Source: Podarcis liolepis (lineage: Eukaryota). Taken from it: DNA of 64,000 nt. Shown one piece after another: positions 25,534-38,297 of the stretch (the first letter of the stretch is position 1; every line of letters starts with the position of its first letter). The position numbers were made by a program, and so were the translations under genes. The notes under the pieces are model-generated. The model was not told where the DNA came from. It saw nothing but the letters and a program-made list of their open reading frames with translations, and searched no databases. The stretch is taken from NCBI GenBank assembly GCA_965112155.1, contig OZ218099.1. One strand, written 5' to 3'.

Positions 25534-26986
25534 ATATAAGAAAATGTATTTCAAAAGTCCCCGGTATAAATATTCCCCAAAATAAGTCTTTTGATGAAAT
25601 ACCTGAAGGCCAGATGCTCGCAGTTTAGGGCAAATGCAGTCGTGTTTACTTTCATAGATCAGCCATGAAAGCCAAAGTGTTGCCTGACAGCATTATGTTC
25701 GTGAGAAACTACCAATGGGGACAGTTCAACAGTCTCTGAACACTGGCGTAATGTTATTGAATTTGCCATCATATAGCGCTTTTAGCAGGCAAAGAGATTT
25801 ATCATCTTTATTTTATTCAGCCTCAAAACAGCCCTGTGAATCCCAGTTGTCACATTACTTTCTGATGCTGTAAAGTTTATGTGGCAGGAGCAGGTATTTA
25901 TCTTGCCAGGGCAAAGTTTTAAATACTCGAGCCTGCCCTGCCTTGGAAAAAAAGCAGCACTCTCTATGTGATGAGGCACTTAAAACGAGTTGCCAGTCAA
26001 AACTGTTGATTTAAAGTTACATGTTGTGCCAAATCCCTACCATGCCCCCGGCCCGTTTCATGAAAACCTTTACCCTCAGAGAAAGAAGTCTATGTTTTTC
26101 AGCTTCATCTAACTTTTTTTTTGGGGGGGGGGGGTAGGGAATCTATTTAAAGGAAATCAAATCATCCAGAGCACTTCAGTGCTGCACAGGAAGAATCCTG
26201 GCAAGCCACACTTCTTCAAAAGCCTAATGGAGGCAATACTGATTTAGAGTTGTATCCAACAAAGTTGTCCTGTTCGCACCTCTATCTCCCCACATCCCAG
26301 CCAAATCTGCATTGGAGGGTTGGGGGAACCTCCAGAACAGATTTGGGGTACACACAGGGAGAAGAGGGAGAGGGACTTCCATTGCACAAGGAGAAGTTCT
26401 TGCATGAACAGGATGACTTCATTGGATACAACCCCAAACATTCTCATAATAGGCATTTCAGGAAGCATGAGGTGTTGAGAAGCTGGTATGAATGAATGAA
26501 GCTTCAAATTAAGACCACACACCACTTGTCCACTTCATAATGGCCACTGTACTTCCTTCCCCCACCCCAAAATAACAAGTGACCTATTTTCTAAGGTCAT
26601 TTCTTTGGAAATAACTGGGCAAAAATAACCGCCACAGCATTAGTTAAAGAAGGTGCTTGGTGACCTCTTTGCATAAAAAGTCTCTTTGAGAGTTGGGTGT
26701 GAATCATTTCCAGTGAGTCTGAAGGGCACTGACCTTGGTCAAGGCAGGCCAGAAGCTTTATGGGTGAACTTAGAATTGAAGTCATGACTCTGACATGAGG
26801 CTTTCATTCATTTCAGTGCAGCTGGTTCTGAGGAATACTCCATATGAGGCAAATGTGTCTAAACCCAGACTAAAATTCTCTGCATAGAGTTGCATGGTTT
26901 TTAAAAATATAAGTGCACTTCACATATAATTTCTGAGTTCTTTCTTTTGGATTTCTATATAATGGGATTTGAATTTCTTTCTCCAG

Positions 26987-27091
26987 ATTAATGGCATAGA
27001 GATACAGAATCGTGAAGAAGCTGTGGCACTCCTTACCAGTGAAGAAAGCAAGAACGTTTCCTTGCTCATAGCAAGGCCAGAAATTCTCCAG
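26987..27091 (+). CDS. PDZRN3: PDZRN3 coding exon (equivalent to exon 8; end of PDZ2)
   Basis: tttctccag| acceptor; [35 protein letters not shown]; donor CAG|gtgctg (weak); 105 nt. Confidence 0.92.
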
Positions 27092-28172
27092 GTGCTGCAT
27101 CTAATTATTATTAGTTATTGTTTATACAGCATCATCAATGGGCATTGTGCTTTATAGAGCACGATGCTTCCAACGGTTGAGGCTGGTAGAGCTGAGTGAG
27201 TGAAGGTACCGGTAGAGATGCGTCAACATAGGAGAGCAGAGAAGGTAGGAAGGGTGAGGCTACTGAGGGCAAGGACATGGTGCTAGAGTTGCAAGCAAAC
27301 AGCACCTTCAGATAGTGTGTCCCCGGCCCTGTCTGACATGTTACTACACAGGATTCAGAATAAACTGTCTGGCATAGTGGTGATTATTGTGCAAAACTGC
27401 ACCCATGTGGCCTCACTATGTCCCAGTCTCACTCATCCAGCATTAGCTAGCTATGTGCTGCAATAGTCCAGCTGTGGACTTGACCAGTGTTGAACAGAGT
27501 GATTGTCCATGGTGGATGGGGGATTGGCATTGACCTCCCAGCAGTGAAGTTGCTGCTGCTTACTGGGAGGGAGAGTGGGAGGGGCAAGGCAGTGAGGAGG
27601 TTGGCACTGTGCAGCTCGCCTGCGGGGACAATGCAGTGCTGCTGCCAATGCATTTGCACAGCGCTAACCTCCCCACCGCTTTCCCCTCCCAAGTTCCCTC
27701 CCGGTAAGCGGCAGTGACTCTGCAGCCGGGAGGTCAGGTAAGCATCACCACCCCACCATCTGCTACTGGCAATAGCACCCATGCCTTGTACATCATGCTG
27801 TTTTTAGCAAGCCAGAATTATTGCCTGTTTTATGGTAGTGCTGCATTACTATTGCATGCATGCAGTTCCCAACGCATCTGGATTCTTTAACTCACCAACA
27901 GATCTGTTTCTAGGAATTAGCGAGGGGTGGAGGAAATTATTTTCCCATCACATAATGCATTGTGCTTTGTGTCAAGAACTCAAATATCCTTCTGCACTTC
28001 AGATTCACATCAGGCAAGGAAGGAAGCACAACTCGTATGCTGAGGTTCTTACAAGTTGTGCATGAAATAAGTCAGATTCCCAGAAAAGCAGTTCTTGAGT
28101 TCGCATTATTTATTGAGTCACATCCGCATAGCAATATTCGGTGCATTTGTTTTGTATTTCTTCTCCTTGTAG

Positions 28173-28310
<138 letters not shown>

Positions 28311-28679
28311 TAGGTGAAATACCTTATTGTCAAACCAAAGTCATGCTGTTCCCTAGCTCTTATTTAAGCATTGCATTAAACATTTCTTACATAGGCTGTG
28401 AGCCCTTCCTAGGATGGAAAAGAACAGCTGTCTCTGAATAACAATAACTGACAAGAGAGCATCCTACAATTGTAGAATTTCTTCACTGCACCCTCATTAC
28501 TTAAGGGACAGCCACACCTGCACTCAGTTTCTTTTTGAGCACTGTCCATTTTATGTATGTGGTTAAGATTCTGCTTTTCCACCTGTCCCAAACATCTTAC
28601 AGTGTATCATTAATCCCTTTGGTCTTCCAACCCAACCCCTTATCCTGAGTGACGGGGAAACTGTATAAGGGCATCCACT

Positions 28680-28865
28680 AAACAACATAGGACACCGCTG
28701 TCCACTGAGTCGGACCACTGGTCAATTTAGTTCATGACTGTCTGCACTCACCAGTAGCAGCATTTCAGCCAAGGGACATTCCCAGCCCTCAATGGAAATG
28801 CTAGGGGTTGAAACTCGGACCTTCTGCATGCCAAACTCGGACCTTCTGCATGCACTGAGCTACAG
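28680..28865 (-). mobile_element. Degenerate tRNA-derived SINE with an internal 22-bp tandem duplication
   Basis: ggggttgaaactcggaccttctgcatgc...cactgagcta is a reverse tRNA-like head; aaactcggaccttctgcatgc occurs at 28811-28831 and 28833-28853. Confidence 0.6.
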
Positions 28866-29330
28866 CTTTCCACATTTCTTCACAGAGATTTGAATTAAGG
28901 TCTTCTGATCCAACGTTCCTCAAATGCAGAAAAAATAACAATATCCAAACGTTATAAATAGTGTTTCGGGTTCTTTTGAAAATCTGGTCTGAATAATAAA
29001 TTCTTAAAAATTGGGGAGGAGGGGAGAATACACCCAAAATCTATCCAAAAAGTATATCACCATCTGAATTATGCATTTCCTAGGTAAGAAATGAAATTTC
29101 CACTCCTAAGTAAAACTAAAAGAAGCACTTTTCCTGCAAAAACTTATCAGTGTTACTCGTGAGATGTTCCAAGTGGACCATACCTATTTCATCTATAAGG
29201 ATGGGGGGGGTAATTTATAGAAGAAAATCTGTAGAAGAAAATTCTGCAAATAGGGAGAAGAAAATTAGTTTGCCTATTACATTTATTTGCATTTTTTCTT
29301 AACAAATGTACTTTTTCTTGATGACTTTAG

Positions 29331-30863
29331 AAGAAGAAAAATGAAGAGGATGGAGGCACCACAGATACCGCCACCATTTTATCAAACCAGCACGAGAAAG
29401 ACAGTGGCGTGGGGCGCACCGATGAAAGCACTCGGAACGACGAAAGCTCGGAGCAGGAGAACAATGCCGACGATCACACAACTTCCTCAAACACCCTGGG
29501 GAGCCAGAAGAAGCTGGCCTACAGCCACGACACGCTGGGCAGCGGGGACATGCAGTTCAGCAACGAGTCGTTCATTTCCGCCGACTGCGCCGACGCCGAC
29601 TTCCTCGGCATCCCGGTGGACGAGTGCGAGAGGTTCCGCGAGCTGCTGGAACTGAAGTGCCAGGTGAAGTCCACCAACCCGTACGGCCTGTACTACCACA
29701 ACAGCACTCTGGATATGAGCAAGAGTGACCACGAGAGCGTGGACCGGGAGCTGGAGATGCTGAACGAGGAGCTGCGCAACATCGAGCTGGAGTGCCTCAA
29801 CATCGTGAGGGCCCACAAGATGCAGCAGTTGAAGGAGCAGTACCGAGAGCCGTGGATGCTGCACAACAGCGGCTTCCGCAACTACAACACAAGCATTGAC
29901 GTCCGCCGGCATGAGCTCTCGGACATCACCGAACTCCCAGAGAAATCGGACAAGGACAGCTCCAGCGCTTACAATACAGGGGAAAGTTGCCGGAGCACGC
30001 CTCTCACCCTGGAGATCTCCCCCAACAACTCTCTGTGCAGGACAGCAGAAGATCTCAATTTGCAAGTCAGCGAAGGAGCGGAAGGGTCTCAGAAAAATTT
30101 GCTGTCTAGCCCAGAAGGTCATGAATATGGCACAACTAAAGCTCACCCCAAAGATGCTGAGCAGCTGGAAATCAAAGAGAGGAAAGAGAGCGACGGAAGC
30201 AAAAGCCCAGCTCTGCCCCCCAAACCAGGCAGCTCCTACTTATCTCCCTATCACCACTCTCCATATAAACATGCGCACATCCCTGCCCATGCCCAGCACT
30301 ACCAGAGCTACATGCAGTTGATACAGCAGAAGTCGGCGGTGGAGTACGCGCAGAGCCAAATGAGCTTAGTGAGCATGTGCAAAGACTTGAACTCTTCCAA
30401 CCAGAGCGAGCCCAGGATGGAATGGAAAGTCAAAGTCAGGAGCGACGGGACCCGTTACATCACCAAGAGACCCGTGCGGGACAGGTTGCTGAGAGAGCGT
30501 GCCATAAAGATCAAGGAGGAGCGCAGTGGCATGACGACGGACGACGATGCCATCAGCGAAATGAAGATGGGCCGTTACTGGAGCAAGGAGGAGCGGAAGC
30601 AGCATGTCGTGAAAGCCAAGGAGCAGAGGAAAAGGCGCGAGTTTATGATGCAGAGCAGGTTAGAGTGTTTAAAGGAACAGCAGGGGGCCGAAGAGAAGAA
30701 GGAAATGAATATCATAGAACTGAGCCACAAAAAAATGATGAAGAAAAGGAATAAAAAGATATTTGACAATTGGATGACAATCCAAGAACTGCTGACCCAT
30801 GGCACAAAGTCACCCGACGGCACAAAAGTTTACAACTCCTTCCTGTCGGTGACTACTGTATAA
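29331..30863 (+). CDS. PDZRN3: PDZRN3 terminal coding exon (equivalent to exon 10; LNX3-homology region and C-terminal PDZ-binding motif)
   Basis: actttag| acceptor (alternative 3 nt downstream). In frame with ORF 29409-30863: [33 protein letters not shown]...[20 protein letters not shown]...[33 protein letters not shown]. The sequence fits PDZRN3 better than PDZRN4 or PDZD4 as recalled. Confidence 0.97.
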   Translation, partial: KKKNEEDGGTTDTATILSNQHEKDSGVGRTDESTRNDESSEQENNADDHTTSSNTLGSQKKLAYSHDTLGSGDMQFSNESFISADCADADFLGIPVDECERFRELLELKCQVKSTNPYGLYYHNSTLDMSKSDHESVDRELEMLNEELRNIELECLNIVRAHKMQQLKEQYREPWMLHNSGFRNYNTSIDVRRHELSDITELPEKSDKDSSSAYNTGESCRSTPLTLEISPNNSLCRTAEDLNLQVSEGAEGSQKNLLSSPEGHEYGTTKAHPKDAEQLEIKERKESDGSKSPALPPKPGSSYLSPYHHSPYKHAHIPAHAQHYQSYMQLIQQKSAVEYAQSQMSLVSMCKDLNSSNQSEPRMEWKVKVRSDGTRYITKRPVRDRLLRERAIKIKEERSGMTTDDDAISEMKMGRYWSKEERKQHVVKAKEQRKRREFMMQSRLECLKEQQGAEEKKEMNIIELSHKKMMKKRNKKIFDNWMTIQELLTHGTKSPDGTKVYNSFLSVTTV

Positions 30864-32072
30864 TCTTCCAGTGCCAAAGTTGTGTACATAAAACCCTACC
30901 GATGGGGTAGAGATTCCTGCCTCGTTAAATGTGGCAACGCTCCCTCTCTTTGATTGTAAATAAAAGACACGTTCATTGGCTTTATACTTCAAATACTGAA
31001 CTCTGGGTGCAAAAGAGGAAAGAAAGAGTCATCCACCCAAAATCTCTTTTAAGGCAATACGGAACAGACAGACCTTATTTGAAATACCAATAGTACCTTT
31101 TTTTGTAACGTGTTACACTTTTACATAAGATGTTTTAAATAACAGGAAAAGCATATTAATCATACTTACACAGGTAATATCTTTTTAAACTATATTCATA
31201 TTTTAAAAAGGTTACACATGCAGAAACTCAAAAGACAACTTCAAATATGTATTTTTAACAAAGCAGTATTTTGCAATATATCTTTGCTATTGTGCCCTTT
31301 TTCTGCACAAGTTTCTGTTTTATCAATATTTTAGCTGAACTACCAAACTCTTGATAGAATCATCTTGCAGTAATGTACATGATTTCTCAAACCAGTTGTG
31401 TCTTTGGGGTTGTGCACTCATACTGCTTCGCTTTATGGCACAGCATGCATGCCCAATTTGTGACCTACCAAGCCCGGTGCAGACCACTAGCCAGATATTG
31501 GGACCTGTCCTGTGCTCAGTAATGCACTCTGGGTGGGCTGTTTGACGAGTCGCAAGTTGTAAAGGTCTCTGCGTTGTGACTGCTGTGAATGTCTGGGTAG
31601 CTGCAGCCCTCTTGCAGGGGGGCAAAGAGTGGTGGTAAACAGCAGAGGCAGCCGACTACCACAGCAGTTTGGGGACCGAGGACACCTAGGCACTACACTA
31701 AGCGTATTATGCACACAACCCCTTAAGAGTCCTGGCTAAGAGCTACACACTTTTATTTTCTTTCTTTGCGGTTTCTGAAGGAAGTATGTAGGTATCACTT
31801 GAAAGAGCAGAAGCAAACTGCTGCATGGTGCAGCCCTGGAACACTTTGAAGCAAGTTTGCCAAGGCTGTGGGGCCTGTTGGAAGAATGTGCATGTGTGTC
31901 CAATGTTTTTACAAGGCCGTTTTGTGTAATTTGAAATGCCCATTGTAGTAGCTGTCTGCTTTGTAGATTTGAATGTATTGAAATTGAAAGCAGTTTTCAT
32001 GAAATCATGACTAGTTATAAACATTAACAAGTAAATGAAGTTAAAAAAATAAATTATTGTTTTATATTTCAT
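30864..32072 (+). other. PDZRN3: Probable PDZRN3 3' UTR
   Basis: AT-rich, repeat-free sequence after the stop. AATAAA at 30959-30964 and at 32048-32053, the latter followed by a T/GT-rich downstream tract. End position is inferred. Confidence 0.6.
32048..32053 (+). terminator. Candidate distal polyadenylation signal of PDZRN3
   Basis: AATAAA followed by ttattgttttatatttcat and the T-rich cctttggctttttctt. Confidence 0.55.
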
Positions 32073-33402
32073 ATCCTTTGGCTTTTTCTTAACTTTGACC
32101 ACCTTTACCACAATGCCTTGTGTAAGCTGCATTGTTAGAATTTAGGTTTATCTGGCTGAACGGATTGGATTACCGAAACTGAGTTTATTTTAGGATAGCA
32201 AGCAGGCTGATGGCAGAAATTCAGCTCCTGAGGCCCCCATGCTTGGAATCACCCTTGTGGATGAGTTGGAAGAAAGGTTTTCTAATCTACATAATTGCAA
32301 AGAATGAAGCAGCCTTTTTCAGAGAACAAAACTTCATTGCTTCTCTTCTCTCCATATTTTTAAGTCCTCACACACAAAATGATTTTTTAAAAAGGTTGAT
32401 TCGCAGTTGCTGCTTTTCAGATTTCAGCACACTAAATTCCAAATGAGCCTTACGAAAGCTGGAACAAATTAAACAATCCTATTTGCATGTTGTGCTTATA
32501 AAACAACAACCATCAGCTGCTGTTTACTTCTTCATGTGTCAAAAGTCAGTGAAGGATTCTGGGTTACGTCTCTTGACAAACCTTTTGGGGAAGTCAATTC
32601 CAAGCTGAGAACCATACTAGATGTGATGTTATTTGTGTAATTAGCTATTCTGTGGCTGCTTTTTTACCATAAATAATCAGGACAGTGAGCCAGATTTGGG
32701 GGGAGGGGGTTGCCCATGCAGCAGTCCTGCTGCAAATTCGGCAACCCCACACCTGCTATATAAAAATAATAATCAGCCACATAAGGACTAAAGATGTGAA
32801 TAACATCACTTCTAGTTTGGCTCGGAGAACACTTCCTTTAATTCCCTTGTAGTTTATGCTTGCTGCAGGAAGAATATTTGTGCTGACCCCAGTGGCTGTA
32901 TTTTCCATTCGGAGGGCCCAAGCCCTCCCGATTCTGTAAGGCAGCCTTAGCCAGCCCGGTGTTTTTGTACACCGTACTGGCTGGGGCTGATGAGAGTTGT
33001 AGTCCAGAACATCTGTCAGACACCAGACCAGCATTTTGCACTGGGCCCCAAACATCATGAAGTGGTAGAGAAAGTTGGAGCAGCGCTGGCAGAATCTTCT
33101 TGTGTAGGGCTTCACTCTAGTCAGCTACATTTTCCAACCATATGAGAGGGCAGCATGCAGAGTGCCTGCGTTTCAGGAAAAGCTGGGACAGCGAAAGGGG
33201 AAGAAGTGTGAAGGGGTGTGTGTGCATGTGTGTGTGTTCACACATGCATGTTCACATTCCTCGGCTTGGGAGGCAATGTGAATTAGTATAAGGGTAAAAA
33301 GTTTCACTGTTTAAGTGTGTATAGTCAGGTATCTGTATCTTGAATCTATGTGATTGGTACTTGAAAATAGGTATGCGTCCCCGTACATTACTATTCTAGG
33401 TA

Positions 33403-33644
33403 CAGTGGTACCTAGGGTTAAGTACTTAATTCATTCCGGAGGTCCGTTCTTAACCTGAAACTGTTCTTAACCTGAAGCACCACTTTAGCTAATGGGGTTT
33501 CTTGCTGCTGCCACGCCGCCAGAGCACGATTTCTGTTCTCATCCTGAAGCAAAGTTCTTAACCTGAAGCACTATTTCTGGGTTAGCGGAGTATGTAACCT
33601 GAAGCGTATGTAACCTGAAGCGTATGTAACCCAAGGTACCACTG
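33403..33644 (+). mobile_element. Tc1/mariner MITE, copy 2
   Basis: CAGTGGTACC...GGTACCACTG TIRs, TA TSD, homologous to 20583-20808. Confidence 0.9.
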
Positions 33645-35379
33645 TACTAGCTCTCGTCTCTGTCTAAAGCTGCAATCCTAAAGACATGTATGTCTGAGAG
33701 TAAGTCAGCATAGATGTGCATAAGATCACACTATAAACTGCAGAAAATTTTCTTATCCAGAAATAAGCAGCGTGCTGTGCAATTAGGCATGTTTACCGAT
33801 GCAATATTTATAGCCAGCATGCCACCACCCTGCCAAATTGTGACGTGAAATGAGAAAACCCTCAGCCAGACCTAAAAACACCATTTTCCAGTTGGTTTTT
33901 GGCTTGCTCCAGCCCACCCGCTTCAAATAAAAATGCGAGTTCTCACACATTAGGGATCACAAACAAGAGGTAGGCAGGCCTATGTATTGCCTAGGGACTA
34001 GTGGTTGGAGAACTAATTAGGATTATAAACTGGAAGTATGTAAATTAAACCAAATATAATTATCTGCCAGTGGCCTTTGGAAATAGGTTACAGGATACTT
34101 GTTAGCAAAATTGCTCAAATGCCTGGAAGCCACACAAAAGCAGACCATCAGCAGTTTAAACTCCCTCTTTTATTTTGTTTTCGGCAGAGTCCTTCTTGTA
34201 AGGAGCTGCATGGAACACAAACTAATTAATAAAAGACACCATTAACCAAAAGGTGATGTGCAGAGATTGGAACAGTGTAATTCTTCCCTTTACCTCTCCC
34301 TATCCTAATCCTACAGATTTGATTACATTTAAATTCCTTGCCACACAAACGACAAAAGACTGAACCTTGGATGCTGTCACTTCCCCCTAGGATCTGTGTT
34401 TCCCTGCATCCCTTAGAGGAAAGAAGCTAATCCTGATGAGCAGGCTGTTTTGCTGCTGAAACAAACATTCCTGTGATGCAAACTTTTTAAAATAGCATCA
34501 CCGCACTTTATTCTGAAACCAAGTAAAAGGAAACACATAATGCATGATCCTTAAAAACAAGGAATTCCCGCCACAACCACCCCAGCACGGCAAAATAAGA
34601 AAAACGTTTTTTCTTCCCTAAGGATAGAACTACACACTGCATGTACCTTTGCTTAATGAAACCCAATGGCTCTGCTTGTAGAGAAAAACATAGCTCACAG
34701 GTGTGGAAGGGGGCACTTTGGGAACAGAGGGTGGGCAGGGGGCTTAGCCCTCCCCTTCTACCACCTGCCAGGTTCACATTCAAAATAAACCACAAATTGC
34801 TTTTCTTCCACAGAATTCCAGGTGCATATTTATATTGGTAAATATATGTATGGAATCCTGTGGCTATCAAGATTTTGTTAGCAAATGATTTTGTTACGTG
34901 TTGTTCTATCATTTTTTAGGCTGAAAAGTCACATTATGAGCAACTGCTTAGCCATCGGTAGCTTGCAGTTGGACCATGTGGGAATTGTTTAACAAGACCA
35001 CTCTTTTTGTGTTTATTCGTTTATAACCTGCTTTTCTATTTCCAAGCTGCTCACAATTAAAATATTAAAGACAGCCATATACAACATATTAAAAAACATA
35101 GAGCCAGTCTCAAGAAAGGGAAAAAACCATGAGATGAAATGATTCTACTTCTCAAAGCGTTGCATTTCAGACTGGTAGGTTTACACACAGTCATGCTTTG
35201 CAATAATGGCCCAACAGAGATGCGTTTCCTGACACGGGCCTTCTCCAATAAGCCAGAAGCAAATTCCATCTCTCTTGACATATGTCTGCCATGTGGCCTC
35301 CAAATCTTGGGGACACACATTTTCCCTCCACACTTAACACCTGTGTACCCACATTGCTAAAGTAAAATGTAATTTGTAC

Positions 35380-35660
35380 CTGTGGACTTCCTGGCCTGTG
35401 GACTCAAGTCACCCTTCAGGAGCAAACACTCTTGCATCAGGGCAATTACAGGCGTGGCAGCACCAAGACTTTTGAACAATCTGCCCAACGACATTCGATG
35501 GGAACCTTTCTTACATTGTTTTAGACACCTGCCTACCCAGACTTATGATTTCATTAGGAATACTTGTTTTTATTTTATTCTGATTTTATCTCTTTATTAT
35601 TGATAGTTGCCACTTTCATGCATTTGATCAAGCAGTTCATAAAATTTCTTGCATAAATAA
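35380..35660 (+). mobile_element. L2 LINE 3' fragment
   Basis: Translates RAITGVAAPRLLNNLPNDIR, resembling the L2 RAFSVAAPRLWNSLP motif; followed by T-rich 3' UTR and ataaataaat. Confidence 0.65.
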
Positions 35661-35689
35661 ATATGCCAGTCTGGAACGTTTCATCAGCC

Positions 35690-35990
35690 TTGAGAAGTAT
35701 TCCAATGGGCTCACATTAGATTGCTCAGAATGTATGTCAATGTAAAGTTGGCTGTCATCCACATCTTGGCACCTCAGTCCACACCCCTGACTGACCCGCC
35801 CTCCCAGGAGTTTCACATGGATGTTAAATAGAATGGGAAACAAAATAAGAGCCCCACAAATCTCCATAATCACCAATGGACTGAGTCATAATCCCTGCAA
35901 CACCATAGTTTCAAGCCTCCACTCAGACACTCAGTCCAGAAGGATATCATGGTAGATGGGAACATCTCAGAAAGACAAGAACGTGAGTAA
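35690..35990 (-). mobile_element. L2 LINE reverse-transcriptase core fragment
   Basis: ORF 35637-35876(-) CGALILFPILFNIHVKLLG...GLRCQDVDDSQLY is a decayed QGSILSP.LFNIYMKPLG...CHQYADDTQLY. Confidence 0.7.
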
Positions 35991-38019
35991 GACCTTCCTT
36001 ATAGCCGCAAGTACAAATCCCGGAAACATTTCATTATTAGCCCCAAAGAACAAGTTTTACCAGCACCTCTGGAGGCATCTGAGATTAGTCTTTTTTTAAA
36101 AAAAAATCTACAAACTACGTTTGTCCTTAACCTTACATGTTGGTGCTGCTGCTGTATGAATGACAACAACATTGTGTCATTCTGTGGTTCCTGCGCCATA
36201 ATATCCTAGCCTATGCACAAGAACAAAAAAGAATCCCTGCTCCAAAGAAGAGCCTTGATTGGATCAACCTATTCATTGTAGTTGGGTGTGAGGTTGTTAG
36301 GATCAATTCTTGGAAGCAAATTTCAAAATGGAATATTTTGAGTCCTGTAATAAATATATCTGGATGGTTGAAAAGGAGACATTTTCTCTTCTGGATTTCC
36401 CAGACTTCAGAAAGTATAAAAATCCCAATTTTTCTTTTTATTAAAATGATCAGAAGTTGTGCATGAGAAGAGAAACTGGACCCAGTTACTTGGGTAGAAA
36501 AGAAAGCCAGGAGAGTCGTGACTCTCTTGTCATCTGCCACCTGCAGGATGCAAATAGGCAGTGAAAAAATGCAGATAGATTTAAGGAGCTCCCCTGAGAA
36601 GCCAAGGGTATTTCAAATCCAGCACTCGGGAGCTGGGGACATTTTTCACCCTGAGGGACACATTCCCTTCTGGGCAACTTTCCAAAGGTCAGGTGTCTGG
36701 GGTGGTTGGGGCTGGGACAAAAGTAGGTGGAGCAGTGAATGGCAATTTTATGTTTGTACAGTAGGCGACCACCTGCACACACTCTCCTATCTTCCATTGA
36801 GACAAGCAAGAGTCATCAACAGAGCCCAAGGACACGATCCAGATAGACACAAGTACTCAAGTTGCAAAGCAGGCTCAGTGTTGGAGGTCTTCTGGGGTCA
36901 GGGGGTGCGCCCTGGGGAGCTTTTCAAGGGCCACATTCAGCTATTGAGATACTAGTGATTGAAGCAGCCATATCACACCTGCAAAGCAGTTCCCAAAAGG
37001 GGGACCTTTTCCCCTCTTCCCAGTGCCCTCCTTTAGCAAATACTTCAGCACATCCCATAAAGTGTTGCACACCAAGGAAGCACCTTCCAACCAACTACAA
37101 CGTGAACTGACAGCTGACGTAGCAACAGCTTCCTGATTCTTATGGTAAATAGGAATGAGGCAATTCCTGGTGTCAGCACCACTTGGTGACAAATTTGGCT
37201 TCTTGACAGCAGCTCTCGCCATGCTTTTAGATGAATAATCAGCTGGAGGACTTTCCAAATAACCCCTTTGACAATTCAGCCTCTTTATGTACTAAGCCAC
37301 TGCAGGACCTTACAACGGGGAGCCCCATTAAGAGCAAGGAAAGAGTGCCTCTGTCAAATTGAACTCTCGGTGACCTCCCCTCCGAATAAATGCTTGATCA
37401 TATTGGAAAGTGGGAGCCCCCAGGTGTCACAGCAAGACGTGTGACATGGGAAGGCCTCTATTGTCTCCATTAGGAGAACTGGCTTTGGCAGGGAGTTTGA
37501 TGGACCATTCTTCAGTCAGTAAGCCTTTGTTATTATGGGAGGTCCCGAACAAAGGCCTCACAAAAGGCAAACCCATCTAAAATTGCTTAATAAATGTGAA
37601 GTGGGGGAGCAAGTTCTAGACAAGATCAAACTACCTTTTTTAAAAAAGAAAGCAGTGGCTGCACATTGAGATATGCAGATCAGATTCTACAAATCTGACA
37701 TTAACAGATACAATAGTAAATCAGTTCTGGCAGAAGCATTCACCTATAATCATCTCTGATTGACTATATTTCTATATTCTTGTCAAAGGAATGCAAGGTA
37801 CTCTTTTAAGCAAAATGGGCATAGCTTACATAAATGTGCCCCAAAAAATCAACACATTTCTCCCAGCATTCCACTTCAAATATTATGCATGCTCTAATTT
37901 ATTTGGAAGCAGAAAAGCCCTGTTTGTGATATGGTGTCTCCCTTCCTGCTGTATATCTAAAGTTGGGTTAATAAGAAGAAAGTTTTAACACTCACATCCT
38001 TTAGCCCATCTCTTTAGAG

Positions 38020-38183
38020 CATGGGTAGGCAAACTAAGGCCCGGGTGCCAGATCCGGCCAAATCGCCTTCTCAACCCAGCCCACAGACGGTCCGGGAATC
38101 TGCAGGTTTTTACATGAGCAGAATGTGTCCTTTCATTTAAAATGCATCTCTGGGTTATTTGTGGGGCATAGGAATTCGTTCTC

Positions 38184-38231
<48 letters not shown>

Positions 38232-38297
38232 CGACCCCCCGACAAAGTCTGAGGGACAGTGGACCAGCACCCTGCTGAAAAAGTTTGCTGACCCCTG
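38020..38297 (+). mobile_element. hAT MITE, copy 2, containing (AT)22
   Basis: CATGGGTAGGCAAACT...AGTTTGCTGACCCCTG; TSD CTTTAGAG (38012-38019 and 38298-38305); (AT)n at 38186-38229. Confidence 0.92.

Noticed and set aside
29487-30146. 219-aa antisense ORF and other overlapping ORFs in the last exon
   Set aside because: Shadow frames produced by GC3-biased PDZRN3 codons; no recognisable domain.
30871-30878. miR-96 8mer GTGCCAAA
   Set aside because: Only 7 nt after the stop codon, inside the ribosome shadow, so unlikely to be effective.
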